From Botryllus schlosseri (lineage: Eukaryota), in the NCBI GenBank assembly GCA_051294905.1, contig CM119384.1, positions 24,180,001 through 24,244,000 of the forward strand: a stretch of DNA of 64,000 bases, in the 5' to 3' direction. The notes beneath the pieces were generated by a model that saw only the letters and a program-made list of their open reading frames with translations, did no database searches and was not told the DNA's origin. The position numbers and the translations under genes are program-made. Shown here in pieces: positions 25,762-37,663 of the stretch; position 1 is the stretch's first letter; every line of letters starts with the position of its first letter.

Positions 25762-27210
25762 TTAGCTCTATTTGATTTCGAGCACACAGCTCTTATTCTT
25801 GTAATCGGTCCGGTCTAATACCGGTTTTATTCGCCTGAAGAAGCGATTTCTTCTGTCGGCAGGCTTTGACAGAGGCTCCAACGCGCAAAGCCGTTGATTG
25901 TTCGATTTCACTGTCGGAACAATGCGAGTTCAGTTTTGTTATTGTCGCGTCAGGTTGCGACAATGGGTTGGTGTTGCCGTTAATAATCGCGATATTTTGG
26001 GTGTTAAATCGGCTGTATTTGTTCCGTAAAGGATGTTTTTGTTAAAATTATAGTTGATTCGTCTTAGGTATTTGCCAAACCAACTAATGATACCTTTTTA
26101 GTCGTGATACCTTTTCAGTCAAGTAAATCCAAATTTTCAAAATGCAATACCGGTGTAGCTAATCGCTATTCCAAGTCACCGGCTGCGCTGTCGCGTTTTC
26201 AATCTGTTACGGCAGTAAACAGCACCGTGTCCAAACTGGGCTGGTAATCTAAGCTCTATCTTTAGCTTTGTGAATAACGCGCACAATCGTTGGTGAGTAT
26301 CGGTATTCCTACACGCGGCGTTTATGGGTATTGTGCTGTGACTGCCTTTGGCTTTTGTATGATTCTCAGTTTTTATTGAATGCTAATTCCAGTCCTAATT
26401 TGTTATCAAAACTTTGTGTTTCAGATGTTCCTGATGATTGCTGGGTGTGGCAACCACAGCGTTTCAGCGGCCGCCTACAACACTGTGTGGAAACTCTGGG
26501 AAAGCTTCGCTAAAGAGAGCCTCGCTATTGCCAAGGCTAAACACACGCTGCGCCGACTCTGGTGAAAGTCTGTGAAGACTTCCTCTCCGTGTGGTTAGCT
26601 GTTTGTGATTGGGTTTAGTATCAGTTAAATCTTTCCTGCACAAACTGTGGAATACAGTCTATGTGCTGCGTTTTGTGGTACTGTATCCTCACGTGTGCTC
26701 TGAGTTTAGAATACCGCGTGAAAGTACCAGTTGTGTGTGTTTTATGCTTGTTTTCAGCAGGCTAGCGTACGGCAACCGCGTTATATTTTATATTACAGCA
26801 GGTACAGCAACCACGTTTAGCTCTAGGTACTGCAGATACGGCAACCACGTGTAGATCTAATGCACGGCGGGTACTGGAACCTCGTGTTATTCTAGGTACG
26901 GCGGCAAGACGGTACGGCTACTAGAGTTAAGCTGCACAGCGCAGATTTAACTAAAATTAGTTAAAATTAGTTTGCTAGCAACGTATCACAGCGATACCAA
27001 GTCTTTGAATCTGGAAAACAGGTTAGTTCTCGCGCGCGGCGAAAGAGATGCTAACTTATAACAACCAATTACTCCAACGACGATGATGGAATAGAAGACG
27101 AAGAATAAAGAAGCCTAGGTATAAAGGTAACTTAGGTACTCTGAGTAATTTACTGCTAATTACGGTAGTTGCCACAGCGGCTCTGGATCACCTGAAAATA
27201 TCTGGATCAC

Positions 27211-27238
27211 CTGAAAATAGCCGTTAGTCGATACTCAC
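27211..27238 (-). promoter_or_regulatory. Micro-intron-like motif at LINE 5' tips (also 11374-11398, 27011-27033, 32678-32702, 51498-51520, 60955-60981)
   Basis: GTGAGTATCGACTAACGGCTATTTTCAG: donor, CTAAC branch and pyrimidine-CAG acceptor within 28 nt; function is inferred, not shown. Confidence 0.5.
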
Positions 27239-27250
27239 GTGTGGTTGCAA

Positions 27251-27688
27251 TTTTTTTTTTTAATTTTTTTTTAGGGGTAACCTGGTGGAACCGCAGGAAA
27301 CCACCACCCCGTTACGCTTGTGGCAGCCGCATGGCATTACACCATGTGACTATTGCCACAAGCGCCTTTACAGGTCACTCTTGGGTAGAAGGTACCCGAG
27401 AGCTCCCTTAAGGTTGCTTCTTTGTTGCCACTTTTTTACCTTCATCAGTTTCTCTGCGTTTTAGGTGCAAATGGCTGTCACAAGCAGGCCTTGGCTGGGG
27501 GCGTCTGCGGAGGCTTGTCCCGCCGCCACCATACTTGTGACTGGGATACTGCCCCGACAAGCGGTTTCAGATCCCGGGTTGGAATATGAAGGCCAAGGGC
27601 CATACTCTTCCAGGTGTGAGAGTGATTGGAAGTATCGGTTGGACCACGAGGGTTTCGCATCGGCCAGCGCCCAGTAAGCCGATGCTTA
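27251..27688 (-). mobile_element. S1: about 416-nt non-coding, poly(A)-tailed, highly structured non-autonomous retroelement
   Basis: Near-identical ends with S3 (5' TAAGCATCGG, 3' GGTTACCCCT-An); many stems; no ORF homology. Confidence 0.75.
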
Positions 27689-27798
27689 TTTTTTTTTAGG
27701 GGTAACCTGGAGGAACCGCAGTAAACCTCCACCCCGTGGTATTTCACCAAGTTACTTTCCCACAAGCGCCTTTATAGGTCACTCTTGGGTCCAAAGTA
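27689..27798 (-). mobile_element. S2: about 100-nt shortened variant of the S element
   Basis: Same 3' end; 10-bp TSD CCGATGCTTA at 27679-27688 and 27799-27808. Confidence 0.75.
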
Positions 27799-27983
27799 CC
27801 GATGCTTATTTTTTTTTATACGGCTCCCCGTAACCGACGGCGTTTGGCAGCCCTCTCCAAGAATAGGGCTGCATCCCGCTCGGAGTCTTGATTACACGTT
27901 TTATTTAATTTTTATTTTTGATTTTTTCTAACTTAAAGGTTTTTAAACTGGTACATATGAACATAACTTTCAACGGTTTCTTC

Positions 27984-30900
27984 TTATGTCAGGATGTGCT
28001 TTGCGTCATCATTATCCGCGTTACAAAATTTGCACTTTAGGTCTAGCGCTTTTCCAGTTGTTGTGTGGGTTATATTTCGGCTGCGTTTTTTATTGCCGAA
28101 AATGTACGCATTGTATGCAGTTTTGTAATTTATGATAAGCTCTTGATTCGTTATAGTTTTTTGGGCTTGATATTGTGTCTGGTTGATCTTCTTCCAGTTT
28201 ATATCTTTCCCTTCTTCCGTTTTTATGATTGGTCTATTTTCTTTTATAGTTTTGATTGCTTTATATAAGCATATATGTGTAGCTTCCTGCCACTCCTCTT
28301 CATCGAATTCTATTTTCTTACTAAGTTCGATATTGTCAATCCATTTTCGGGGTACAGGGTATTTGTGTGGTTCTGTATTTTTATACAATCGCTCGTTAAT
28401 TTGTTTTATTCTTGTCCCGATTTCGTATATCGCATATTGATGCCATATTTCTTGCGGTTTTTCTATTTTCTTCAGTTTTCTATTTTCTTCAGTTCGAGTA
28501 TTTTCTCTAATTCGCAGGCTTTTATTTTTGATTCAACATCGGGTATTTCAAATCCGCCTCGTTCTTTCTCCGCTATTAATGTTTTCCTCGAAATTGATTC
28601 CATTTTTTCCGGATTCCAGATAAAATTAAAATACATCTTTTCTATTTGTTTTTGATATTTTTTTGGCATCTCAATTACTCTGGCATTATATATGATGAGG
28701 CTGGACGCCATGGAATTGAGAATTGTTTTTTCCCGACCCAGGATAGTCGTCTATGTTTATAGGCGTTGAGGGTCCGCTTTATTTTCATAATGCGCATATT
28801 CCACGTTTCTTTTTCTTGGTTTTCGCCATATATTTGGCCGAGTATTTTTATGCTTGGTTTTATTAGGTGTTTGTATTGGAAGCTGTTGCTTAAGATACCG
28901 CGTCTTGGTGGGATGTGTAGGATTTCGGTTTTATTGGCGTTCAATTTTTGGCCTGTTGCTCTTGCATATTGTTCAAATTCTTGGAATATTATTTCGACGT
29001 CTTTTTCTTGGGTAAGATAGCAGGTCAAGTCATCAGCGTACTGCTGTAGCCCGATCGTGCTCCTCCCTATTCTAAAGGCCTGGATATTTCGGTTGTTTTC
29101 AATTTTTCGGGCTAGGGGGTCGCTGCAGATGGCGTATAAGGCCATACTTAACGGACACCCCTGCCTTATTCCTCTTTTTAGATGTATTTTGCCTGTAAGG
29201 GCTCCGTTAACTAGTATTCTGCTATTTGATGTGCTGTACAGTTTTTTGATTAATTTAATGATGTTCCCAGGGAGGCGGTATCCCTCCAATGTTTTATACA
29301 TGTATTCGTGATTTATTCTGTCAAAGGCTTTTTCTTGGTCAAAGTTGACCAAGAATTGCTGTTTGCCTCGTTCTTTTGCATAATCCACTGCGGCTTGGGT
29401 GTTTCTGAGTACATCAGTAATCTTTCTACCTTTTATGCCACATTTTTGTGTATTATGTATCACGTCAGGTAATGTTTCTTTCAATCTGGCTGATATTATT
29501 GCCGTTAGGATTTTATAGTCCGTGTTAAGTACTGTAATGGGCCTCCAGTTATTGAGGTTGGCGGGGTTCCCTTTCTTGTATATTATCGTGGATATCCCGT
29601 CCGCCCACGTCTCGCATATGCCTCCAAATATGTACGCGTTGTTAATTACGTCTTGGAGGTCTTTTTTTATCACGTTCCAGAAGGTGGCATAAAACTCTTT
29701 GGGTAGGCCATCCGACCCGGGAGTTTTGCCACCTTCCAAAGTCTTTTGTTTGCTCTTGGGATATTTCCATCCCTTCCACTTGTTCAAGGTATTTTTCCTG
29801 GAGGCCTGTGTTAATGTATTCGGTTTTATTCCACAGTTTTGTGTAATAATCTTCTACCGTTTTAATGACCTCTTCTTTGATGGTTATTTCCGTTTTATCA
29901 AGTACTTTTCTCTCTCTTCTTTGCTCTATTTTTTGGAAAAAGTATTTAGTGGGTCGTTCGCCCTCTTCTAGATCTTTTATTTTGTAGAGCTGGGCTTGGT
30001 ATCTAATCTCGTCGTCTTCGAGCCTTTTTATGTGTTTAATGGCTTCGAAGGGGTCCTCGTCCGTGTTTTGGTCGTTTTGGATTCGACCAATTTCTTCTTT
30101 CAGTGCTTTTATTTTTTTGTTTGTTTCGACCCTTTTGGTCCAGCTGTGATGTTTTAGCAGCTTTTTGATTTCTCTTTTAAGGTAATCCCACCATTCGTAT
30201 ACATCATTGTACATTGGTTTTCTTTCTGTACATTTTAGGTGGACCTCTTCTATTTCTTTGTAGAGCTCTTCATTGGGGTAATGCCTGGGGTCGCTTTTCC
30301 AGGTTCCGTTACCCCATTTTATGTTGTTTGCCGGCTCTGCTATTGTTATTTTTTGAAGAAAGATGTGGTCCGAGATGGTGTTAAGTTGGTATGTTATTCT
30401 TTTGACTCTCGTTAGGAGTCTTTCTGAGACGTAGATCCTGTCTATGCGCCTCGATTGTCTTATCTTCATGATCGTATATAGTTTTTTTGTTGGGTTTCGC
30501 CAACGCCATGCGTCTCTGATTTTATAAATTTCCGTAAAGGACTTCCAGATTTTGGCCGCGGGTGTAATCTGGCCGCGGGTGTTAACTTAAAGTTCTGGAT
30601 GTTTTTCGAGTCTATTTTGGCGGTGACTATGTTAAAGTCACCGCAGACTATTGCGGTGTCTGGGTGTTTTTCAAGTTCTGATATTATTTCATTATAGAAT
30701 GTTGTTTGGTGTCTTCCAACATCGCTTGGTCCGTATATGTTATATACAGAGGTGTTTTCGTTCGTTTCTTTATGCGTAAGTTTTAGCGCTTGGGCCCTAT
30801 GTTCTTTTATAATCTGGTGATCAATTCCGAATTTGGTTTGTATTTCTTTTTTAATAAGTATACTCGTTCCTCTATAATAGAGTTTTTTCCCTTCTTCTGT

Positions 30901-31122
30901 ACCTGTCCAATTTTGTTCTATGTTAATATGATTTGGGTAGTATAGGTATCCGTTTTGTTCTGTCCATTTTTTAATTTTATTTGTATCTACCCTGTGAGTC
31001 TCCTGAAAGCATACTATATTCCAGTTCTTTTCTTTTTTAAGGAAGTTTTTAACTTTGAACCAGTGGGTGTTAAGCCCATTGGCGTTCAGGGATAGTATGT
31101 TCAGGCCAAAATCCATTTCCAT
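27984..31122 (-). pseudogene. TX-3 ORF2 (EN-RT), fragmented
   Basis: ILSLNANG, CFQETH, VCGDFN, SRRIDRIY, KTPGSDG, NWRPITVLNTDYKI, QYADD, CKFC. Confidence 0.92.
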
Positions 31123-31160
31123 TGGGATGAGGGAAGACTTGTTCGTTTTAGGTTACGTTC

Positions 31161-32180
31161 CTATTTCTTTTCGCTTCGGTCTGGCTTGACCAGTTTTCGT
31201 CTGGTTCGGCCTGCCGTTGGCGATGTCGGACTACGCGCGTCCATAGTTCTTTTGTTTGGCGAGCATTGTGTACTGCCGAAGAATTCGTTTTGTGTAAAGC
31301 TGCTAACCTCGAACTTCTGTCGAAGTATTGTGGTTTGGTTCATTCTGTCTTTGTTTAGTATGCGTTTTGGTTGGTTGCTACTTTCTCTTTCGTTTAGCTC
31401 TGCTTGCGTTTCCTCTACACTTGTGTTAATTTGTAGTTCTGCGTCCGTTCGACTTTCATTGTCTGATTCTTGTATTATTGTCTTGTCTAGTTGGCTATCT
31501 GCTTGTGATTGCTGTTCTAGTCGCTGTCTGGTTGTGTTTGCTGTTCTAAGTTGAAGAAGTCTTCGATCAGTTCTTCTTCTTGTTCCTCTTCATATTGGTG
31601 TTCTTTTTCGACTGTATTCTCAACTTCTGCCTCTGCCTCACTCGCCAAAGGTGTTGGGTTTTTTCAATCACTTCAGGTTGATATTGCTCCTCCATATCGG
31701 TAGGTGTTAGGTTTTCATCAACCCTTAGTATTCTTCTCTGGTTAAGCGGTGTTGGTTCGTTTTTGTTGGGCATTGGTCGCGTCTATGTCCTGTCTCTTTA
31801 CAGAGAAAGCACGGTGTCTGGTTTGGGCATTGGTTCGCAGTGTGCCCTCTCTGCAGGCATTTATAGCATGTCGCGTTCCCTTCGTTTGTTGGTGTGTAGA
31901 CCTTGCACGGGGCTTGGCCTAGGTACAAGAAAGGCGGGAGTTTCCCGGGTATGTAATCTTGTATGGTAATTTGTCGATACCCATTCTGTAGTGCTGTTCC
32001 TTTGTGATATATAAGTTTAACGTCTTGTACCGTGCCGCATTTGTACTGTTCTATTTTATGGCGTACTTCATCTTCTCCCACTTCTGTGGGCACGGCTCTG
32101 ACGTTGATCTGTGCTGCAGGCGGTCTCGGTGTTCGGAAGTAAATTAATCCAGTCGTGAAATCTGTACAGCGGTTTTGCAA
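31161..32180 (-). pseudogene. TX-3 ORF1 with CCHC knuckles, N-terminus deleted
   Basis: INVRAVPTEV, NGYRQ, CYKCLQRGHTANQC, CFLCKETGHRRDQC. Confidence 0.88.
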
Positions 32181-33148
32181 GGCGTTCTGGAACGTTTTTA
32201 AAGGCGTTTCTGCGCGCTTCGCATAGACCGATACTGCAGTTTCAGTTGCCTGACCGATCGTACGATCGCCGTCTAGACGGTGTCGTAACGTGTTACTAAT
32301 TAAGGCTTGGAACTAGACAGTCTCATCGCCTCAAGGAAGAGGCGCGAGAGAAAGGAGAAAGTAGAGGCTTGGCTCAAGAGAGAGTCAAGTCTCCAAAGAA
32401 AAGACTCGACAAGTCCTGACTCGAGAGGGAGAGTCAGGACTCGAAGAGAACGGAGAGTCAGGACTCGGAGAGAACAGACTCCCCAAGACTCGACCCACGA
32501 AGAGGAGTCGAGTCCTGGAGAGGGAGAGTTGAAGAGTCTGAAGGCCACTCGAAATGGAAGTCCGAACGTTGGCGAAAAGAGTGAAGAAGGAAGTAAGTAG
32601 CCTATTTAAACGCTAGACTATACTAACAGTTACGGGTACTAGGTAATGCCACAGCGGCTCCGATTCGCTCCTTAAACCTGTAAATAGCCGTTAAATACTC
32701 ACCCGTGCGACCTTTTTTTTTTTTTTTTGCGGCTCGCCGTATTTCCTGCCCTTCTTCGACCCTCTCTAAAATTAGGGTCGCCTCCGGGTCAGGGGTTTTT
32801 TAATATATTTTCCAACGAAGGTGTGCTTGTTTCCAACTGAGTTGTTTTAAGGTTGGAATTAATATAACTGTTCCTTCTTGCTTTTTATTTTTAGTGGTTA
32901 TTATACCTTATTACAACCAAATACTCCAATTCTGCGACGGGCAAAGGGGCAGTATTTCCCGTTGCGTTGGAAAAGCTGACTACCTGTCGCGAGCAGTTGG
33001 GGGGTTTTTGTTTTGCGTCTCCTTCCTCCCTAAAGGGAGTTTTTGTTATTTTTTGTTTTTGGTTGGCTTGTGGATTGACCAAGATTTATCTTGGAACCCA
33101 GGAAAACCCCCCACGTCTTGTGTTTTCTTCTTGTTTCCTCTTTTGTGC

Positions 33149-36100
33149 TTATGTTAGACTCTGTATTCTGTCTAGTTTTTCCGTCAGGTTTTTCATTTCA
33201 GTGTCCGGGTCTTCGAGTAATTTCAGCCTTTGTCTAAGCGTGCCGCACGTTTTTTTGAGTATTTCAGGTACCACATTCTGTGTACTTTTTGGTTTTTCGT
33301 CCCCGTTTTCCAGTTGGATTCGGCTATGTATTATTTTATGTCTGTAGATGGCCAGGATTACTTTGTCCTGTTCTTTTCTTTTTTCTGTTTCTTCTCCTTT
33401 AATCACGTGATTTTCTGTTATTTTAATTTTTTCTCCTTTTTTGTCCCGAATGTAATTGCTCAATTTTCCTATTATTTTCTGGGCGACGGGGCATGCGTAC
33501 ACAACATGTTTTGCTGTTTCCTCTCCGTGGCCGCATCTCTGACATTTGGTGTTTACTCTTTTTCCGTTTTTGTTGGATATTTTTAGAAATTCTTTTTGCC
33601 CCAAAAAGGTATCCCTCGTGGGCTACTCTGAATTCTGTGATCCTTTCTTTATTAGTAATAATCCTTTCTACACTTCCTGTTTGGAAGTGGATGTTCCCCC
33701 ACTCGATGTTTGAGGGGGGGGGGGGTCGAGCCCGTATGTTCGTTTTCGAACGTGGCTTTTATAGCCTGATAGAATTTTTTCTGCGTAGCCTCTTTTATTT
33801 CCTCCAGAGGCCAGTTCAGACTTTCTATCGTTTTTGTTATTTCCCTCCATTCTTGTGGGAGTTCAGTTTTATGTGGCATGTTGTTTGTAAACAATGCCGT
33901 GTTCCACTTCCTGATTGTTGGGCCTAGACAATATAAGTCAAAGAAATGCCAGAATTATGTTGGTTTTTCCAGGCTGGCCAAAACTTTCACCTTTTCGGCC
34001 CTAACGGCTCTCATTCTGGACTGTACGTGGGGGATCGCCATACCCCCCTGGATTTTTTGACGCACAAGATTTTTGCGTGACACCATTTCCATTTTTTCCG
34101 GGTACCAGATAAATCCGAAGAATAGTAGTCTGTTTATGGTGTTGACTATTTCCTTGGTTGGGTCACTGGCTATGGTCCTAATTATTATTTTTGGCATTAT
34201 GACAGTGTTCAATACCAATTGTTTACCATACCACGTTAAGTTTCTTTTTCCGAGATCGAATAATTGTCCGCGTATGACCTGTACTGTTTTTGTCCAATTT
34301 TCGTTATCCTGGTCTTCGCCAAAATGTTGTCCCAGTATTTTTATTTTTGTTTTTATCTGGCTTTGGAGGTGTCCCGCCATGTGAATATCCTTCGGGTTGT
34401 TCAAGGCGAGGATCTCTGTTTTGTTTTTATTCAATTCTTGGCCCGTGGCTTTTTTTTGTAGCTCAAATTCTTTGTAGACGTGCACGACCGAGTTGAAGTC
34501 CTTCGTTATGGTCGTGACGTCATCTGCGTATTGTTGAAGTTTAGACTCGTGTTTGCCAATTTTGATGCCACGGATATTTACATTTTTTCTTAAGCGTTCG
34601 GCTATAGGTTCAGATGCGATGTTATATAGGTATGTACTCAGGGGGCATCCTTGCCTGAGGCCTCTCTTTACGTAGATGTTTTTTTGTGCAGGCTCCGTTT
34701 ATGTGGATTTTGTTGATCGAATTCCGGTAAATCGTTTTTATTAACTGGGTAATTTTTCTCCCCAAGTTGAATTTTCCCATAATCTCGAAAAGAAATTGGT
34801 GAGAAATAAGGTCAAATGCTTTGCGTTGATCGAAATTGGATATAAAGATTGGTGTATTTTTTATTTCTGCATATTCTTTTATGGCCCGCACGTTTCTGAG
34901 GACGTCAGTCATTTGCCTCCCTGGGACAGCCGATTTTTGGGTCTCGCCAATGATATCCCCGATGTTTTCACGTATCCTGTTGGCGAGGATTTTAGACAGA
35001 ATCTTGTAATCCACGTTTGTCAGCGATATTGGCCGCCAGTTCTCTAGTTGATGTGGGTCGCCCTTTTTAAAAAGTAATTTTACCGCCGAGGCTACCCAAG
35101 AGCTACATACTTTCCCAAAATGAATGGCGTTATTGTATAGCAGCCATAAATCGTCTTTTATTAGTTTATAAAAGGTTTTATAGAATTCTGCTGTTAGTCC
35201 GTCAGGACCGGGTGATTTATTGTTAGCTTGGTCCCTTATCGCCAGCTTAATTTCGTCCTCCGTGATGGCGGAGTCTTGAAGGTTCGCTTGTTCTTGTGTA
35301 AGGGACTTGCTAACTGAGCTTGTGAGTTCTTTCCTAAGCTCTGTCTGTCCTTCGTGGGTCTGGCCCCAGAGTTTATTGTAAAATTCCCAGGTGGCGTTCA
35401 AGATTTGTTCTTTCTCTTCTACTAGTCCTCCGTCTTCCTGTGTGACCGCGTCTATGATTTTCTGTGTCCTTCTGTTTTCTAGGCTGCAGTAAAATGGTGA
35501 GTTGGTTTTTCCTCTTTCTCTAGATGTTCTTTATAATGGATCTTCATGAGGAAGTCTAATTTGTGTTTCTCCAACTGTTTGAGGTTTTTCAAGCTTTGTT
35601 GCCGTTCGATTGATGTTGAGTTTGGGTTTTCTATTAGTTTTTCCCAATGTTCCCGTTTTTCGTTATTCTTTCTTTGTTTTTCCCGGCCGAATTGGATCGC
35701 TACTGCTTTTGCTTTTACCTTCCACTCATCCCACCACGTCTGTAAATTGTCATACTTTGCTTTTTCAAATGTGTGTTCCGAGTACAGGTTTTTTATTAAT
35801 ATTTTAAATTCTTGTTCTTGGTAGTGAGATGTATTATTTATCCATAATCCGTTTCCCCATTTCAGGAATCTTTTGTGCTTTATCACAACTTTTTGGAAGT
35901 AGTTGTGGTCCGCCACAGCATTTACTTTATACTCACATTTCCTAGTGTTTGTACAGAGATACTCGCATTTCCTAGTGTTTGTACAGAGGTCTTTCGTCAT
36001 GTAGACGCGGTCGATTCTTCTGGAATTATACGGTTTGGTGATAGTGTATATTCTCTTTTCCGGCTCTCGCCATCGGAATATATCTAGAAGTTCTTTTCGC

Positions 36101-36647
36101 TTATAAAGCTTCGCCACTTGGTTGCGGTTGTTGTAAGCTTAAAATTACATGTATTTTTCACGTCTTTTTTTGACACTACCATATTGAAGTCTCCTGCCAC
36201 GACAGTGGATCCTTGCTCACTCTGCAGAGTCTCTATTGTTTCCTCAAAGAACTGTTCTTGCACATTAGAGTTGGTATGTGGTGCGTAGAGGTTATAGATG
36301 CTGACTATATGTTTTTGGTCTTTTGTTGTAATAGCAGCGCTGTGCAATCTGTTTGGGACATGAATATGATGTTTTACATTCATGTCACCCAGTTATTCCT
36401 TTCTAATGAGTATCAGGGTACCCTGGTAGTATAGTTTTGTTGGCTGGTTTGTCCACATGTCGTGTTTGTCTAGGCAGTTTATGAGTACCTCGAAGTTGTG
36501 TTTTTCTGCCCACTTTGTGATGGAGTTCTTATTTATTTTGTGGGTTTCTTGCAGACAATAAATGTCTACTTTTTCTTTTTTAATAAATTGTTGCATTAGA
36601 GTCCAGTGTCTTTCCAAACCGTTCACGTTAATAGTCAGGACCGACAA
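33149..36647 (-). pseudogene. TX-4 ORF2 (EN-RT), fragmented
   Basis: VLTINVNG, CLQETH, VAGDFN, SRRIDRVY, KSPGPDG, NWRPISLTNVDYKI, CQRC..HVVYAC. Confidence 0.92.
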
Positions 36648-36655
36648 GGTTGGGA

Positions 36656-37663
36656 TTATTTTTTGGAAGAGGCTGAAGATGAGGCTGCTGTAGTGGTATC
36701 AGCATTTCCTCTTGCGACGCCTGTCAATAGCTTTCTGGGTTGGGCTGGCTTTTTCCTAGCCATCCTACTTTCTGGGCTCTCTTCACACGGCCTTTTGATC
36801 GGCGAGGCCGGTATGTTATTCCGGTACGAAAACTCGGTCATAGTTTCCGGGACACTCGGTTTCCTTGCGGGTACCGGTGTCTTCGGTTCTGGTGTAGCTG
36901 TTTTTGTTCTCGATGTAGTTGTCCATACGGACGTTTGTGAAGAGAAGGTTGCCGTATGTTTAGGAGTTGTCTCTTCTTCAGAGTTGTCTGCTCTTATTTC
37001 CTCTTCGCTATCACTGTTTTGTTCAGTGCGTTCATGGTGTTCATTATACTGTGTTTCCTTCTCTTGTTCTACATCTGCATTGTCATCGCTACTTGATTCC
37101 TCTCCTATGATTAGTTCGCCTTCCGAAGGAGACTCACTGACCATGTTATCTTCGTTTTCTCTGCTAGTTTCTTGGGTTGTCGGGTATTCTTGTCTCAGAA
37201 TAGGGCATTCCTGTCTTCGGTGTCCCGGTGTTTTGCATTCAATGCACACCACCTGGCTCTGACAGTTTCTTGCAGTATGCCCCGACTGGAGGCAATTATA
37301 GCACTGTGGTGCATATTCGCCGGGTGCGCGATATATTTTGCACCACAGCTTCCTAATTCTGATAACTGGTGGCAGTTTTCCCCGTTTATAGTTTTTAATC
37401 ATGATTCGCCTGTATCCGTTATGTATTTCACTGCCTCTGTGATTCACCTTGATTATTTTGGTGACTGTGCCGCAGTCATGTTTTTTAATCTCTTCTTTAA
37501 CCTCTCTGTCTAGGGCTTCAGTTGGCACACCTCTTATATTTATACTTTCGTATGGTGCAGTGGCCTCTGTGAAGGTTATTGTTCCAGCTTCCAATTTGAT
37601 GCCGTCTTGCCAGGCACGGAGTAATTCACGTTTAGTGTTCCCCGTGTCTGCAGTATCCTTTAT
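36656..37663 (-). pseudogene. TX-4 ORF1 (5'-truncated) with CCHC knuckles
   Basis: INIRGVPTE, NGYRR, CYNCLQSGHTARNC, CIECKTPGHRRQEC. Confidence 0.88.

Larger units (their letters stand above)
19011..27077 (-). mobile_element. TX-2: full-length decayed group-B Tx1/L1 LINE inserted in the TX-1 5' UTR
   Basis: T-run 19010-19017; TSD CGACGAT at 19004-19010 and 27078-27084; ORF2 and ORF1 remnants. Confidence 0.88.
11420..27250 (-). mobile_element. TX-1: full-length but decayed group-A Tx1/L1 LINE, with a hAT MITE and TX-2 nested in its 5' UTR
   Basis: T-run 11420-11427 (poly-A tail), ORF2 and ORF1 remnants; the 5' UTR resumes at 27078 after TX-2 and matches TX-3/TX-6 tips (AAGCCTA..TTACGG..GCCACAGCGGC..AATAGCCGTTA..ATACTCAC). 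Confidence 0.88.
27809..32712 (-). mobile_element. TX-3: group-A Tx1/L1 LINE with intact 5' tip and internal deletions
   Basis: T-run 27809-27817; ORF2 fragments 27984-31122; ORF1 fragments 31161-32180; 5' UTR homologous to TX-1/TX-6. Confidence 0.9.
32713..37663 (-). mobile_element. TX-4: 5'-truncated Tx1/L1 LINE of a third lineage (group C)
   Basis: T-run 32713-32728; 9-bp TSD CGTGCGACC at 32704-32712 and 37664-37672; truncated within ORF1. Confidence 0.9.

Noticed and set aside
27620-27688. HDV-like or hammerhead ribozyme, or Pol III A/B boxes, at the S-element 5' end
   Set aside because: CCCTCGTGG resembles an HDV L3 but there is no P1 partner; GAAAC follows a hairpin but CTGANGA is missing; the box-like motifs are mismatched and only about 10 nt apart
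27251-27688. S element as telomerase RNA, or the array as sitting on telomeric repeats
   Set aside because: No CTAACCC-type template and no (TTAGGG)n or other telomeric tract in the window
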